Positions 10,436 through 22,700 of a DNA stretch of 64,000 nt are shown here, piece after piece. Source of the stretch: Eutreptiella sp. 'Long Island Sound 2002' (Eukaryota > Protista > Euglenida); NCBI GenBank assembly GCA_964036045.1, contig OZ038378.1:2852001-2916000 (forward strand), read 5' to 3'. Each line of letters opens with the position of its first letter. The stretch's first letter is position 1. Under the pieces are notes generated by a model. It was given only the letters and a program-made list of their open reading frames with translations. It made no database searches and was not told the origin of the DNA. The translations under genes and the position numbers were made by a program.

Positions 10436-12984
10436 GGCTAGGGGTCACCACACAAAACAGATGCACACGACTTAACAGGGGAAAAAACAACATACACCAT
10501 TTCTGGGCAACATCACCGGTGGCAACATTACCATAATTGATGGCAATTGTTGGTTCGAGGAGGTAAATCAATTTCCTCTTCCATCGCCCTGCAAATTGTG
10601 AAAGATGTTCAAAAATGGGGGGGGGGATCAATTTGACCGGTTGAGCAGAGGGGGTAAATCAGTGAGCCCCTACTCAACCTGGGATCCCCCCAACTGATAC
10701 GGCTGAAAGCTGTTTCATTGCAGAATGCAAAGAAGTAAAACATACTTATAGGACAATGCTTTGTTTTGAAAATTTGTTTCGAAAATCAGCCCTGACCTGA
10801 GCTTGTCTGGTAGGGCATCAACGACACCCAAAATTCAACACCCATGTGTATGCATGCTTCAGTTTCTATTAAGCCCATGACCTTTTGAAGATCCCAGCAC
10901 ATAGACAAAGCAAGCGGAAACATGCATTCACAGGAATAGGCATCATCACATGACACCGACAACGTGTGTAATGGTTTCAGAGTCGAGTACATGTGGTGAT
11001 CAGAAAGGTGAAATGAGGTGTGTAACTAATGAGGTCATGCACTAGAGTTGAAAAATATGATAAGACTCAGTTAGCATTGTGGGCAAAATGGCAGGTTCAA
11101 AATGATGCAACAATTCAATTGCGGGTCAGTGGCAACTTCATCATACAGCCCTGCTTCTATGACTACCTTTTTTCCAGAAACTAAATTGGCTGCCAAATAT
11201 TCAAATGACCCTTTCTCAACCCGTGCAAATGATAAACAAAATGCAAGGTGTATGTTGACAGACACAATTAACAAACCGACCAACCACAACTGACGAGACG
11301 TTAAACAAAATGGGGAACGCAACATATGAAATGCCGAGTCCGGGAAATCCAAAGGCTGGGCTGCCAAAAGAAGCAATGAAAGTAAGAGCAACCAAAAACA
11401 CAGGCAGAGACAGTCCCATACATCCTGCATCACTGAGTGAAATCAAAATTGCCACCCAAGCTGCTATCTCATCGACAAGTGTCAATTTGCTTCAATGATT
11501 TTTTTTTTTGGGGGGGGGTTGATACTGAGCACTCTCTTGCTTCACGGCAAGGGAGTGGTTTCCAGCTTTGATGAAGATAACACATCGCCCAAAACAATAC
11601 ACGTCTTTTGGGAGTTGTCCCATCTCAAACCACCTGAATTGTTTTCGTTCCATGAAATAGCGTCACACAGCGGAATGAACAAGGAAACCCCCAAGAATCT
11701 CAAGTTGCATGCACTGCAGGCAATTCTCACCTGCAAATCTTGACTCGTCATGTGGCTGAATCTCTCAACTTCATGGCCTCACTCTCACGATTACTGTTAC
11801 TATCCAGCCAAACCCCAGGCAGACAACTCTTCATGGCTGGCTTGAACAGATTGCCATGCACTTCTCTCCTGACCCCCATGTCATCTCTCTGTCCCTCTTT
11901 CACTGTACCCTGGGATGCCCTTTCTTTCTGGCTTTCGCCCGAAAGCGGCTGCTGTGAGCTGCAATGTGTGACTGATCAGGCAATGCAGTACTGCTGAAAG
12001 CTGTTAAAATTGCATTGCAATTATTGATACATCTCGAGGGGAGTGACGGTTGAATGTGTAACTCATGATACCCACAAAAGTGGGGAATGAATGGACAGCT
12101 GAACAGATGGCACATGACTACAGATCGAGCAGCAGAACATCAACACCATTGGTCTGTGGACACTGGACCACTCGACTTGTCAAGTGCACTGCGCATGCAC
12201 AGAACCACAAATATGACCAGATGACATAAACACACAAAAAGAAGGGGTCCAGAAGGCTTCAGAAATGCTGCTCACAATCTGTGAGCGCACAACACTTATT
12301 GCCCGGGCAAACTGACCGTTCCAATGGGTTGGGTGTTTCTGTCCCTGTCGATCGTGGGCAGTGTAGGGGGTGCAGATCTACAGCGCCGGGCTTCCTGCCA
12401 ATCCTCTCAGCGGTGAAAAGCCGGTGGCCCAGTCTTCTTTGCTTTGAGTGCCATGACACGCGAGGGTGTTGGTGAACCGGCATGCATCTCTGCAGAAATT
12501 CGTGTGTAATACATATGTCGCCGTGTACACTAACAACACGGCATGCGGTAAGCGCAGTGCAGATAGTACAAACTCCCGGAGGTCCGCGCGTCGTGTGGGT
12601 CTACATTAAAGAAATTGGCAGACCTTGTCTCTGCCGCCTGCTCAATGCGGCGCACTCAACATTGTACTAGGAAAAAGTGCTCGAGAGGAAAAAAGGGGCA
12701 TGGGGCTAATGCAGGGTCAGATCAGTGTGCAACGATTCCGTGACACATTTCTATTGAGAGGAGGACATGGCACCACATGGAAAAGGAGCAGCGCTACGGT
12801 TTGTTCCGGTTAAATTGGGATAGAGGTATTCAATTATGGATAGATTGGCTGGTATTCGCAAACAGAGGGCTGGCAAAGACGCAATACTTGTGGGCGGTCT
12901 CAGCACGTCCGTGCTGTGAGAGCGGGGTCTCAGGTTGCAGGCGGCTTCTCCATGATTCGTATCGAAAACTTGGGGCTGCAGTGT

Positions 12985-13715
12985 CTATTCCTCCCAATCC
13001 AGGTCCCGGTGCTTCACAGGGATGCTGCGATTCAGCACCAGCTCCGTGCCTCTCAAAATCGAATGCAGTGCAATCAACGCAACGTACAAATGCCCCATGA
13101 GCTCGTCATTGCGGCACTGCGCGTACACGTTGCCGCTGTCCAGCGAGTGTCGGAGGTACTTGGTCTCGTTGCCGCACTCGACGATGTAGAAGCCCTTGCC
13201 GATCGGCACGCTCCGCTCGTTGGTGCGCTGCTTGCCCACGCGCCCCGCGTAGACCCCGATCACGTGCTCCGGCGGGAAGTCCACCTCCGCCACGAGGCCC
13301 GGCCTCCCATCCGCCTGCCGGATGACGTGCACCCCCTGCATGGGCCTGAAAGTGTGGGCCATGCGCAGCTGCGGCAGCGTCACACACTTGTCCCACTTGA
13401 AACCAGACGTGTACTCCAGTTCTGGCGGCCACGTGGACACCACAAAATCCCCGCAGGCCATCTCGGCCTCGGAGAGCGGGGGCTGCTGGTTGCCCTTCAG
13501 ACTGTCCCAGTACTGTTGGCCGTAGTCCAGCAGGAACTCCTCCCCTTTCCGGACTGGCCGCTCGGTGAAGCACGCCGGCGCTGCCTCGCCCGTGAGGATG
13601 TGCGCCTCGGACTTCATACACACGTTGTGGCGCGCGGCAATGTTGCGGTAGTCGTTGATGAACCGCGCCTCGTTCCCCCCCTTTGATGCATCCACGTCCA
13701 CGATGGACCGGGCCC
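12985..13715 (-). CDS. Exon 6: C-terminal half of SET 1 and a degenerate SET 2
   Basis: DASKGGNEARFINDY...KGEEFLLDYGQQYW, then GLVAEVD...IGVYAG...GNETKYLRHS...RGTELVLN; stop at 12985-12987. Confidence 0.88.
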
Positions 13716-16700
13716 CTACCACGCAATGCGTGTGGCAGCAGAGGGCAACGAGGGGCACCGAAAGATAAAAGTGGGAGTCGGGTGGGGGGGAGACTCCACA
13801 AACTATGGATCAGCACATGCAGAACAGTCAACGTAAGACTACGTTTTTGACTAACTTTTGAAGCGATTTTCGTTCCTAACTGGCCTGTTTTCAAGCCTTT
13901 TGGGACACTGTGGGGATCAAGGGGGGATAAAATGAACTGAAAATGGGGTCGAGGCACTTGCTTGCGCATCCCAAGTGGTCTGGGATCACCGTTAGCAAAC
14001 GTGACGTGTTGTTGCTGGCTTGTTGCTTCGGGTTGTTGTTAAGTAGATACAAGGGGGGCACGGGGGGACATCATGGTGGCAAAGAGGGAGGAAGGGCAAG
14101 AACCACAGGCTGGCCAGAATATGTGGCATCGGGTAGATTGACTTGTGGAGGCACTGGAGGGTACAATTCGCACGGGAAACTTCTTGTTTCCAATTGGATG
14201 CAAACTTTACCAATCAAATCCCAAAGGGTCCGCAAACTTCCCACACACATTTGACCTCCCTTTCTGGCGGTGGTACGTAGGTGCTGTTGTGCTTGTGAGT
14301 GAGTGCGAAGTTGGAAACCCGCTGACCCAATGAGAAACTCCAGGAGGCACAGTGTTGTGGTGTTCACTGGGCCGCACGTGGCATGGCGCAACTGAAACAG
14401 CCACCCCCATCGTCAATGTCCCAGTGCTAGTGCAAGACTCGGACGGCGTGTTCGGAGTTTGAAGTGAACCAGACGATTGGTCCCCATGGCAATCCAGCGG
14501 TTGGCGAGTCACGGTGACCACGCCCATGAACTGTATCCTCAAATATCCGCCGATGAAGGCCTGGGTCGGGGTTACTCAAAGCGAATCGCAGCGAGGCCGC
14601 ATACCAAGTTTTGTGATAAATTGCGAGTCGGTGTCCTCACAACACAGCGTGACCAACCCCGTGTACACGCAGATGCGCCGGCGCGCGGCGAAGTCCTGTG
14701 CTGCAAACAGGCCGTAGCCCCCTCGAGCAGGATGGGTGGCCTTGCAGATCTTGCGGATCTCCACCCCCCGCACCGCAACGGAGGCCCGGAAGTGCTGCAC
14801 CTCCGCCCAGTCGAAGATGTTCTGGTCCCAGAACAGGAACGAGTACAGATGGTGCCGCGAGGAAATGGGCCATTCGGGGCCGAGGGATGACCCCGATTCT
14901 GCGCCATTCGCCAGCAGCTTGCCCCCCTTGCCCTTGCCCCTTCCCTTGCCCTTCCCCCTGCCCTTACCCTTGCCCCTCCAAATCGCAGGATAGTGCGGCT
15001 CGGGGGGCGGCTGCGCGTGTGCGAATTCCACAATCCGCGCGTATCCCTCACGCATGTCGAGGATCATGTGGTGGTCCTGCCCGTCATACTCCACGCTGTA
15101 CGTGCCGTCGCTGTGGACCCCTACAACTGTGGCAAACTCCCAAGTGCTCTCGTACTTGTCGTCAAACTCCACCTGAGAGCCGGACCGGGACGGGCATGCG
15201 ACTCGTGCTGGGGGTTGGGAGGCAGTGTGCAGGGCTGCACGCTCCGGCACACGTGCATGACGCAGACTGCGCAGGTCTGTGAACTGATGCTCGGCCAAAA
15301 AAAAGAAGGGCAGACCGGCAGGGATGGATATAGTGGGGGGGGGGGGGGAAGGGGTGCCACGCTCTGCTCCTGGTTGCTTGACTGCCTCCTTGCTGGATTG
15401 ATAGATGAAGGCACTGATTAATGGATTAGCTGCCCGCATAAATGCACATTCTGATTTGTGGCCCCTTGAGTTGGGGATAGGGACTCGCAGCGGCCGGCCA
15501 ATTCTGGCAATTTCCACTACTTTTGACCCTTGAAAAAAAAAGATGGTGCTTGGCCCTGACTACATACATCTTCGCATTCAGCGCATTCCGCTGATCAATT
15601 TGATGGGCCTCATGACATCTTTTGGAAGAAAATTTTTCTGAGATTTTGGACCACTTTTGTCCCCTCGAAAAAAAAATTCGGCGGCTTGGGCGCCGAAATT
15701 TGCCCTTTACCATTAGAGGGACAGAGGAGACATTTCGTCATTTCGTCATCTCGGGCCCCGCAGAGCCCCCCTCCCCCCCCGCCACCCGTCACTATCATGT
15801 CCATCCCTATCCCTGCAATCCGGGCGACAAGGCTGCATTCTGACGGGGTCCCGAGCTGACAAGCCCATCGCTGCGCGCTACACGGGGTGCGCACGGATGC
15901 CCCGTGCGGACGCTGGTCTGCGACACGGGAATCCTCAGCTCAGCACACGACGGCAGCACAACACAAACAAAACCCCATGGTTTTGCGTACGTGGGTGCGA
16001 CTTGCACAGAACCCTGGCCACCGTCCGACAGAGCCCTTGTGCTGGGGTGGACAACGGAAGGACAGACACACAATTCCATCGCCATCGACAACAGAGGGAA
16101 ATCATGGGTGGAAATTGGGGGGAGGGGGAGGGGGAGGGAAATCGGAGGAAACGGGAGGGACGAGCGGGGAATGGAGGGTTGGGGGGGGGGTTGTTTGGGG
16201 TTCGCAAGTGTTCGCAAGCGTTCACAAGATAACTCTGCGACATATGCACAGCGAAACACAGGACAAAGAAAACCAAGGCACGACACACAGACCAGACTCT
16301 TGTGCGGGTATATCTCCGCTGCGGTCTCAAACACGTGCTGGTACGTGGATGCATTGGCATGGGGGCTGTTGGGCCTCACATGGATGATGCAGGGGGGGGG
16401 GGCGGGCAAAGTAGAAAGGCTTGAAGGATGACCGTCTGCCTCATCCGAAATAAAATACAACTGGGGGGGGGGGGTTACGATAACACATCCGATGGGACTG
16501 TGGACAGAGGTGTGTGGACAGCAAAAACAGTCAAACGACCCCGGCAACAACCAGCACATCCGCAATACGCCAATTATTGGGCGCCGCTGACACGCAAACG
16601 GCACACCATGCCACATTCAGCACAGTCCCAACACGCCAACTACTGGGCTCCGCGAACGCGGAAACGACACCAGCAAGAGCACCGGCCGCAGCGGCCGACA

Positions 16701-19700
16701 GAAAGCAGCGACCCGACGCAACATGCGAAGGGAAGAACGGGTGACCGTCCAGGGCCCCGTAAAGGAGCAACAACCAGACGGAATGTCACACAGGGGGTTA
16801 CGATAACACATCCGATGGGACACACAAACAGAATCGTTCAGGGACAACTGGAAAACAATGTGTTGCAGAATGTTCATGGGAAACAAATCCCAAACACAGC
16901 GGACCAGTCTCTGCCTGCCGAGGGCCCCGGGCCTCACAACCACTTCGATCACCATCAGCACAGGCATCCCCCACCCCAACAAAACCACCGCAATCAGACC
17001 AACACCCACAACCTCGACGGCAACGGCAACCACAACCCCCACCGCCCACAGGCCCCAACAGACCTCCAGCCGTGTGCCAGGCACCAGCCTTCCCACCCGC
17101 CGTGCCCATGACTTGATGCCGTCGTCCAGCAGCCGGTAGCACGATTGCTTTGCATTGATCGTCCACGGGCGACCCTCGTCGTTGTCAAACGCAATCCCGT
17201 ACCCCGCGGACGTTTTGCTGACGACGGTGCCGGGGTACCACGTGAACCCCTCCTCTGACTCATCGTGGAATTTGACCTCGACACGTGAGTTCAGATGGAT
17301 GGCACCAGCGGCTCGCTTGCCCCATTTGGGGATGCAGTGGCGGAAGTGAGGCCCAATGGTGTCCCTCTTGAGCCGCACCTGTTGACGTAGCAGGGACCGC
17401 AGCGCGTAAGAACCACAGAACAGCAGGCGGATCAGGCCTTTGCTTAGTGATACTGGGGGGGGGGGTCAAATTGGCCCCCCGGGATTTTGGCTGACCCACC
17501 CACCCACCCACATCAGAAAATTTTTCCTCAGGATAAAAATGAAATCACCTCGCAGAGGTTGTTAGATCAAAGCCAGGCAGGCGTATATATTGGGAAAACG
17601 CCACATACCCCCCCATTTGGGCCTATTCGCGTACCCTACCCCAAGGGGTTGAATTGTTACTTTAACCCCTTGTAAAATCATTATTTTGTCCAATAAACCC
17701 ATCACCCAATGAGTTTTTGGTCCGGACACCCCCAGACCCCCCCCACTTGAAACCCACTTTTTAGAGGGGGGGGTGGGGGTGGGGGGGGGTGGGGGGTGGG
17801 GTCAAAAATGTCGAAAAAAATGACCCCCCCTTTTTTTGGGTCGAAAATCATGAATCTTTTGGTTTTTTTCGATTTTGAGCCGAAAAAGTGTTTCCGGGTC
17901 CCGACTCCATAGGGTTTGTATGGGGCGGAGTGGGACGAGCGCTTATGCAGTTTATGCACTTTTCAGCCATTTTTGGTATGTTGGCGGTTTTGGCGACCTC
18001 GGTGACCCCGTGGTATCCACTTTGAGGGGTGTGAGTGGGGATGTTGTGACAATATATGCGTACTAGGATACGGAAGGACGTTTTTTGCAGTCTCTAGCCT
18101 TGCTTAGGGCCGTTCACAACGCGTGCCAAAGACGCGAAATGGCTATTTCCACCAATAATGGCCTAGTGAATGGGGCGGTACACAACCTGCTTATGCAGTT
18201 TTTCACCCTGGGCAGCTCAAAAATCGAAGTTTTCGAAACCTGTTTTTTTGATATTGTGAGCACCTAAAATGACCATCCAAGGTATGTAAAGCATGTTTTA
18301 GGCCGTATTTACGTGTTTTTCACCCTATTTGGGTATTAGGTCCGGGGGGGGGGGGGGGGGTCCTCCCAAGGGACTGGTACACAACCAGCTTATGCAGTTT
18401 TTCACGCTGGGCAGCTCAAAAATCGAAGTTTTCGAAACTTGTGTTTCTGATATTGTGACCACCCAAAATGACCATCCAAGCTATCTAAAGCATGTTTTAG
18501 GCCGTAGGTACGTGGTTTTCACCCTATTTGGGTAATAGGTCCGGGGGGGGGGGGGGATTTCCCAAGGGATTGGTACACAACCTGCTTATGCAGTTTTTCA
18601 CCCTGGGCAGCTCAAAAATCGAAGTTTTCGAAACTTGTTTTTTTGATATTGTGACCACCTAAAATGATCATCCAAGGTATGTAAAGCATGTTTTAGGCCG
18701 TATTTACGTGTTTTTCACCCTATTTGGGTATTACGTCCGGGGGGGGGGGGGGTCCTCCCAAGGGACTGGTACACAACCAGCTTATGCAGTTTTTCACGCT
18801 GGGCAGCTCAAAAATCGAAGTTTTCGAAACTTGTGTTTCTGATATTGTGACCACCCAAAATGACCATCCAAGCTATCTAAAGCATGTTTTAGGCCGTAGG
18901 TACGTGGTTTTCACCCTATTTGGGTAATAGGTCCGGGGGGGGGGGGGGGGGGGGCTCTCCCAAGGGATTGGTACACAACCTGCTCATGCAGTTTTCACCC
19001 CGGGCAGCTCAAAAATCGAAGTTTTCGAAACTTGTTTTTTTGATATTGTGACCACTTAAAATGACCATCCAAGGTATGTAAAGCATGTTTTAGGCCGTAC
19101 GTACATATTTTTCACCCTATTTGGGTATTAGGTCCGGGGGGGGGGGGGGCTCCCAAGGGATTGGTACACAACCTGCTCATGCAGTTTTTCACCCTGGGCA
19201 GCTCAAAAATCGAAGTTTTCGAAAAATTGCTTTTTTGATATTGTCACCACTTAAAATGACCATCCAAGGTATGTAAAGCATTTTTTGGGCCGTATTTATG
19301 TAGTTTTTACCCTATTTAGGGTGTGTGTGGCTTGGGGTAAAATTCTCTGCGAGGTGGACTTGCCGAAGGCAATAGAATTTATCAAAGGGGCCCGAACTTG
19401 GAGGTCGATTTTAGGTACACAAACTTTTTTTTGGCCTCTGACCCCCCCCCCCCCCGGTATAGTATCAACCAGCCACTAAGCAAAGGCCTGAGGCGGATAC
19501 AGCCTTGGGGGTGCAAAAAGAAGGCACCCAGCGACACCCCGCCCCACCCACTTACGAATGGGAAGGGTCCCAAAGCAAAAAGCGCTAAAGGCGCAGTTCT
19601 CCCAGCCCCGGCTTTTGCAGACCGGAGCACTGGCATGCCTTTTTGACGTGGCCCCGGCTGGAAAATGTGGGTCATTTCGGCACAGAGCATCACCCGCCCC

Positions 19701-22700
19701 CCCCCCCCCCCCCGCGTAGGTACTGCATTGGGGTATCAAGTGGAAAGAAAAGGCAAACCCATCGGACAAACATTGCAACCAAATGAACGGTGCAATGCCC
19801 GTGGGGATCAGGGCTGTCCTTGCCAGGGGGAACAAAAGCGTCCCACTTCGCCCAACCTGTCAAGAGGTCCCGGTGGCGTGCCGGTGGCGTGGTCGTGGTT
19901 GTGGAACGAAAAAAAGTGAGAAAAACAGCGTTTCGGGGTTTCATTGCGCATGTCCCACGGAGTATTTTGGAGCAAGGGCTCCCGGATTTGTGACAGTGGA
20001 TGATAAGCACCATGGGGTGCTGAGACCTGGGAAGAGAAAGGAGGCCTATTCCCTATTCTGAACAATGGTTTGAACCAGTGGGGTACTAAATTAGGTCCTA
20101 CCAAGTTGGCCCAGTTGGTTTATTCTCTATCCAGGTGGCCGTGGTTACGGTAGATTTGGACAAATATAAAGAGGCATTTTTATATACCTTGGCTACCGTT
20201 TGGAATGTGGACTCCGTCGTTAACTTAGAGGATTCTATTGCACAAGCCGCTATGGGTTTGGCAAGACGCCTGAGGAGAAGCCACAGATGCTGCTTGGCAC
20301 AGACGAGGAAGGTGCGGCACTCCCGGAGGAAGCACTCACACGGACAGGGCCGCACTCCCTGAGGAAGGCACTAACGAGAACGGTGTAGGACTCCCTCTCC
20401 CTCAGTAATTGGGTCCACGGTTCATCACCCATCCCAAACCCCAATTCACCTACGGCCACACAGCCCCGGGCACTTGCCAGACGGTCCCTAGAACAGACCG
20501 CACCTGACACTTAGGACACGTCTCCATCAGAATCGTCTCTTCGTCCGTCTCGGAGTGGTAATCATCGAACGATCCTGCCAACGGGTCGACTGGTGTCGCC
20601 TGGGGTTTCTCCTTTGGCCGCTGCGCGCGGCGTGTGCGGCGTGCGGGCCCCTCCAAGCCCAACCAGGCCAGCTTCCGCAGGGAAGCCATTCCGCCGCGGC
20701 CTCGACCTCGACCTCCATGGCTCCCAGGCTGTGTTCTTCCTTCGCGGGATCGATTCGATCTCTCTCCATGAGTCAAGCTGTCATCCCCCGAACTCACGGC
20801 AGCCGCCCCTTCCTCAGCTGCCCCGGTGCTGCAGCGCTTGCGCTTCGATCCCACGGCTTCTTCCTTTGAGGCCTTAGCCCCCATGGCAACGCGGAACGCG
20901 GTGTGGCGCGGGTCCAGCAACACAGGGTCTTGTCCGTTGCCATAATCAACGAGGTAAAGACAGTTGCTGTTCTGGGCCACCACCGTTCCTGCATAGTAGA
21001 CTGCCTCCCCTGCGGTCGACCAGCACACCTGATGTACACAAGAGCACAGCCAAGGCAAGCGCAGGGTGAGTATTAGTACAAAAGTCATGGGTTTTTTGAG
21101 GGAGCAAAAGCATTGAGGTCTCGTATGGGGTGACGGGTGCACAGTGTGCACACGGTGCGCACCCTTTTGGGCAATTACACAGCTTTCACCCTCAAAGCGG
21201 ACCCTCACAAAAAGCCCCAGATTAGCAACATGGACACCAAGAAAACAGCTGGCAAATGGGCATCTGATCAGGTTCTCACAGTCTGAACTGACATTCCGCA
21301 GTCAAAGCCTTACAGAATATGAAAACCGGCAAAGAATCTGGGGCATAGACAGCGAAGCATGTTGTCCATCAGGTGTGGGGATGGGGCGACCGACCGTCCA
21401 CTGAGGCATGCTGTTCATCAGGTTCAACTGTCGAGAAGGTTGAGGTCGATGGGGATGGGCTCCGAATGTGGAACTCAAGGCAGTGGAGTGCAGCAGCACC
21501 ATGAATCACTGCCTTCCCATTCACCTCATATCGCATGCTAGGTAATCACCAGGGTGCTGGGAGAGGGCCAGAACAATAGCAGGAACTCATTTGCACTGGT
21601 GCAGGGATAATAGACACGGGTACCAGCTTGGACCCAACACAATGACATGGTGTTGCCGAGCTATTGACCAAGGAAATACAATGCAACTCTCAAAGTGTTG
21701 AGGATAAAATAGCGTACCAGCTCAGCAACACAGCACCTCAGGGGGCAACAACTTAGCAGAACAATGCGGTCAGGTAAATTATCTAAAGTAAAAAGGTGCA
21801 CAGTACGCACACGGTGCAGGCCGCTCCCCCTATTGGTCATACAGGAGCAATGCAACACAGATGCCTTTGCCACACAGAGAGCATGAACGCACCTCCACAG
21901 ACGTCCCTATCGACAGTCCGCTGCGATCAATCACAGTGAATGGGCCCTCGTCCGGGTCGAAGTCCGTGGTATCCCCCGTGTCGAAGTGGATCTCGTAGGT
22001 CCCTCCATCCTTTCGCCCCGTAACCGTCCCCTTGTACGGCGTGGGCTCGTTGTCGTAGCGCACGGCGATGCGTGTGCCAAGCGGGAGCCCGCCCTCGTCT
22101 TGGTCACAGAGGAAATCCCAATGCCTGCGCCAGGCATGCCGCATTTGGGAGGTGTTGAGCACACTGGAGTCCCCGGCAGGGTGGTGCTGACCAGGCTTGA
22201 GGCTCGAAGCTGGGCAATTCAATGGGGACCACAGAAGGTCCTCGGGGCAGGCTTGCACTCGCTCATCTGCTTGGCCATTCAAAATAGCCTCGACAGTCCT
22301 CAGCGACGCACTGAACTCAAGTCCAAGGCAGCTGGTCATAGATTCCGGTTTGGTGGATGTGGGAGAAGCAGACTCCAGCCTTGTGTCTGGGTTGACTGTC
22401 TTTCCTTGCATGGCTTCTTCAGCCGTTGGGGTCAGCGTCTGTAACGGGTCAGAATGCTTTAAAGGCTCCCTGCTATTTACATCATCACTCTGCAGGCCTC
22501 CCTCCAGCTGCTGGTGCATGCCTGCATCCCCCTCTTGAGACCCAATCTCTTGCCTGTTGCTGCCAACACCATCTTGCTGCCACCCCTGCTGTCGGATCTG
22601 CTTCGACTGTTGCTGCTCGACCGCATCCACCTGCACTGCCTCCTCCTGCAACTGGCTTGAAAGCTGCTGCTGCTGCGCGTCCTCCTGCACTGCTACACCC

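Noticed and set aside
1802-10441. Many 100-240-aa ORFs in the family A cluster as a transposase or genes
   Set aside because: No catalytic motifs; frames are not conserved between copies.
11071-11750. Hydrophobic ORF fragments suggesting a membrane protein
   Set aside because: Short, interrupted by stops, with no recognisable motif or clear splice signals.
12916-13969. Long antisense and alternative-frame ORFs over the SET exon (12916-13686 +, 13106-13969 -)
   Set aside because: Shadow ORFs of GC3-rich coding sequence; the SET frame explains the region.
18178-19325. 197-bp units as a CRISPR or regulatory array, and their short duplicated ORFs (MGIRSGGGG...)
   Set aside because: Whole units are near-identical; the ORFs are by-products of the satellite.
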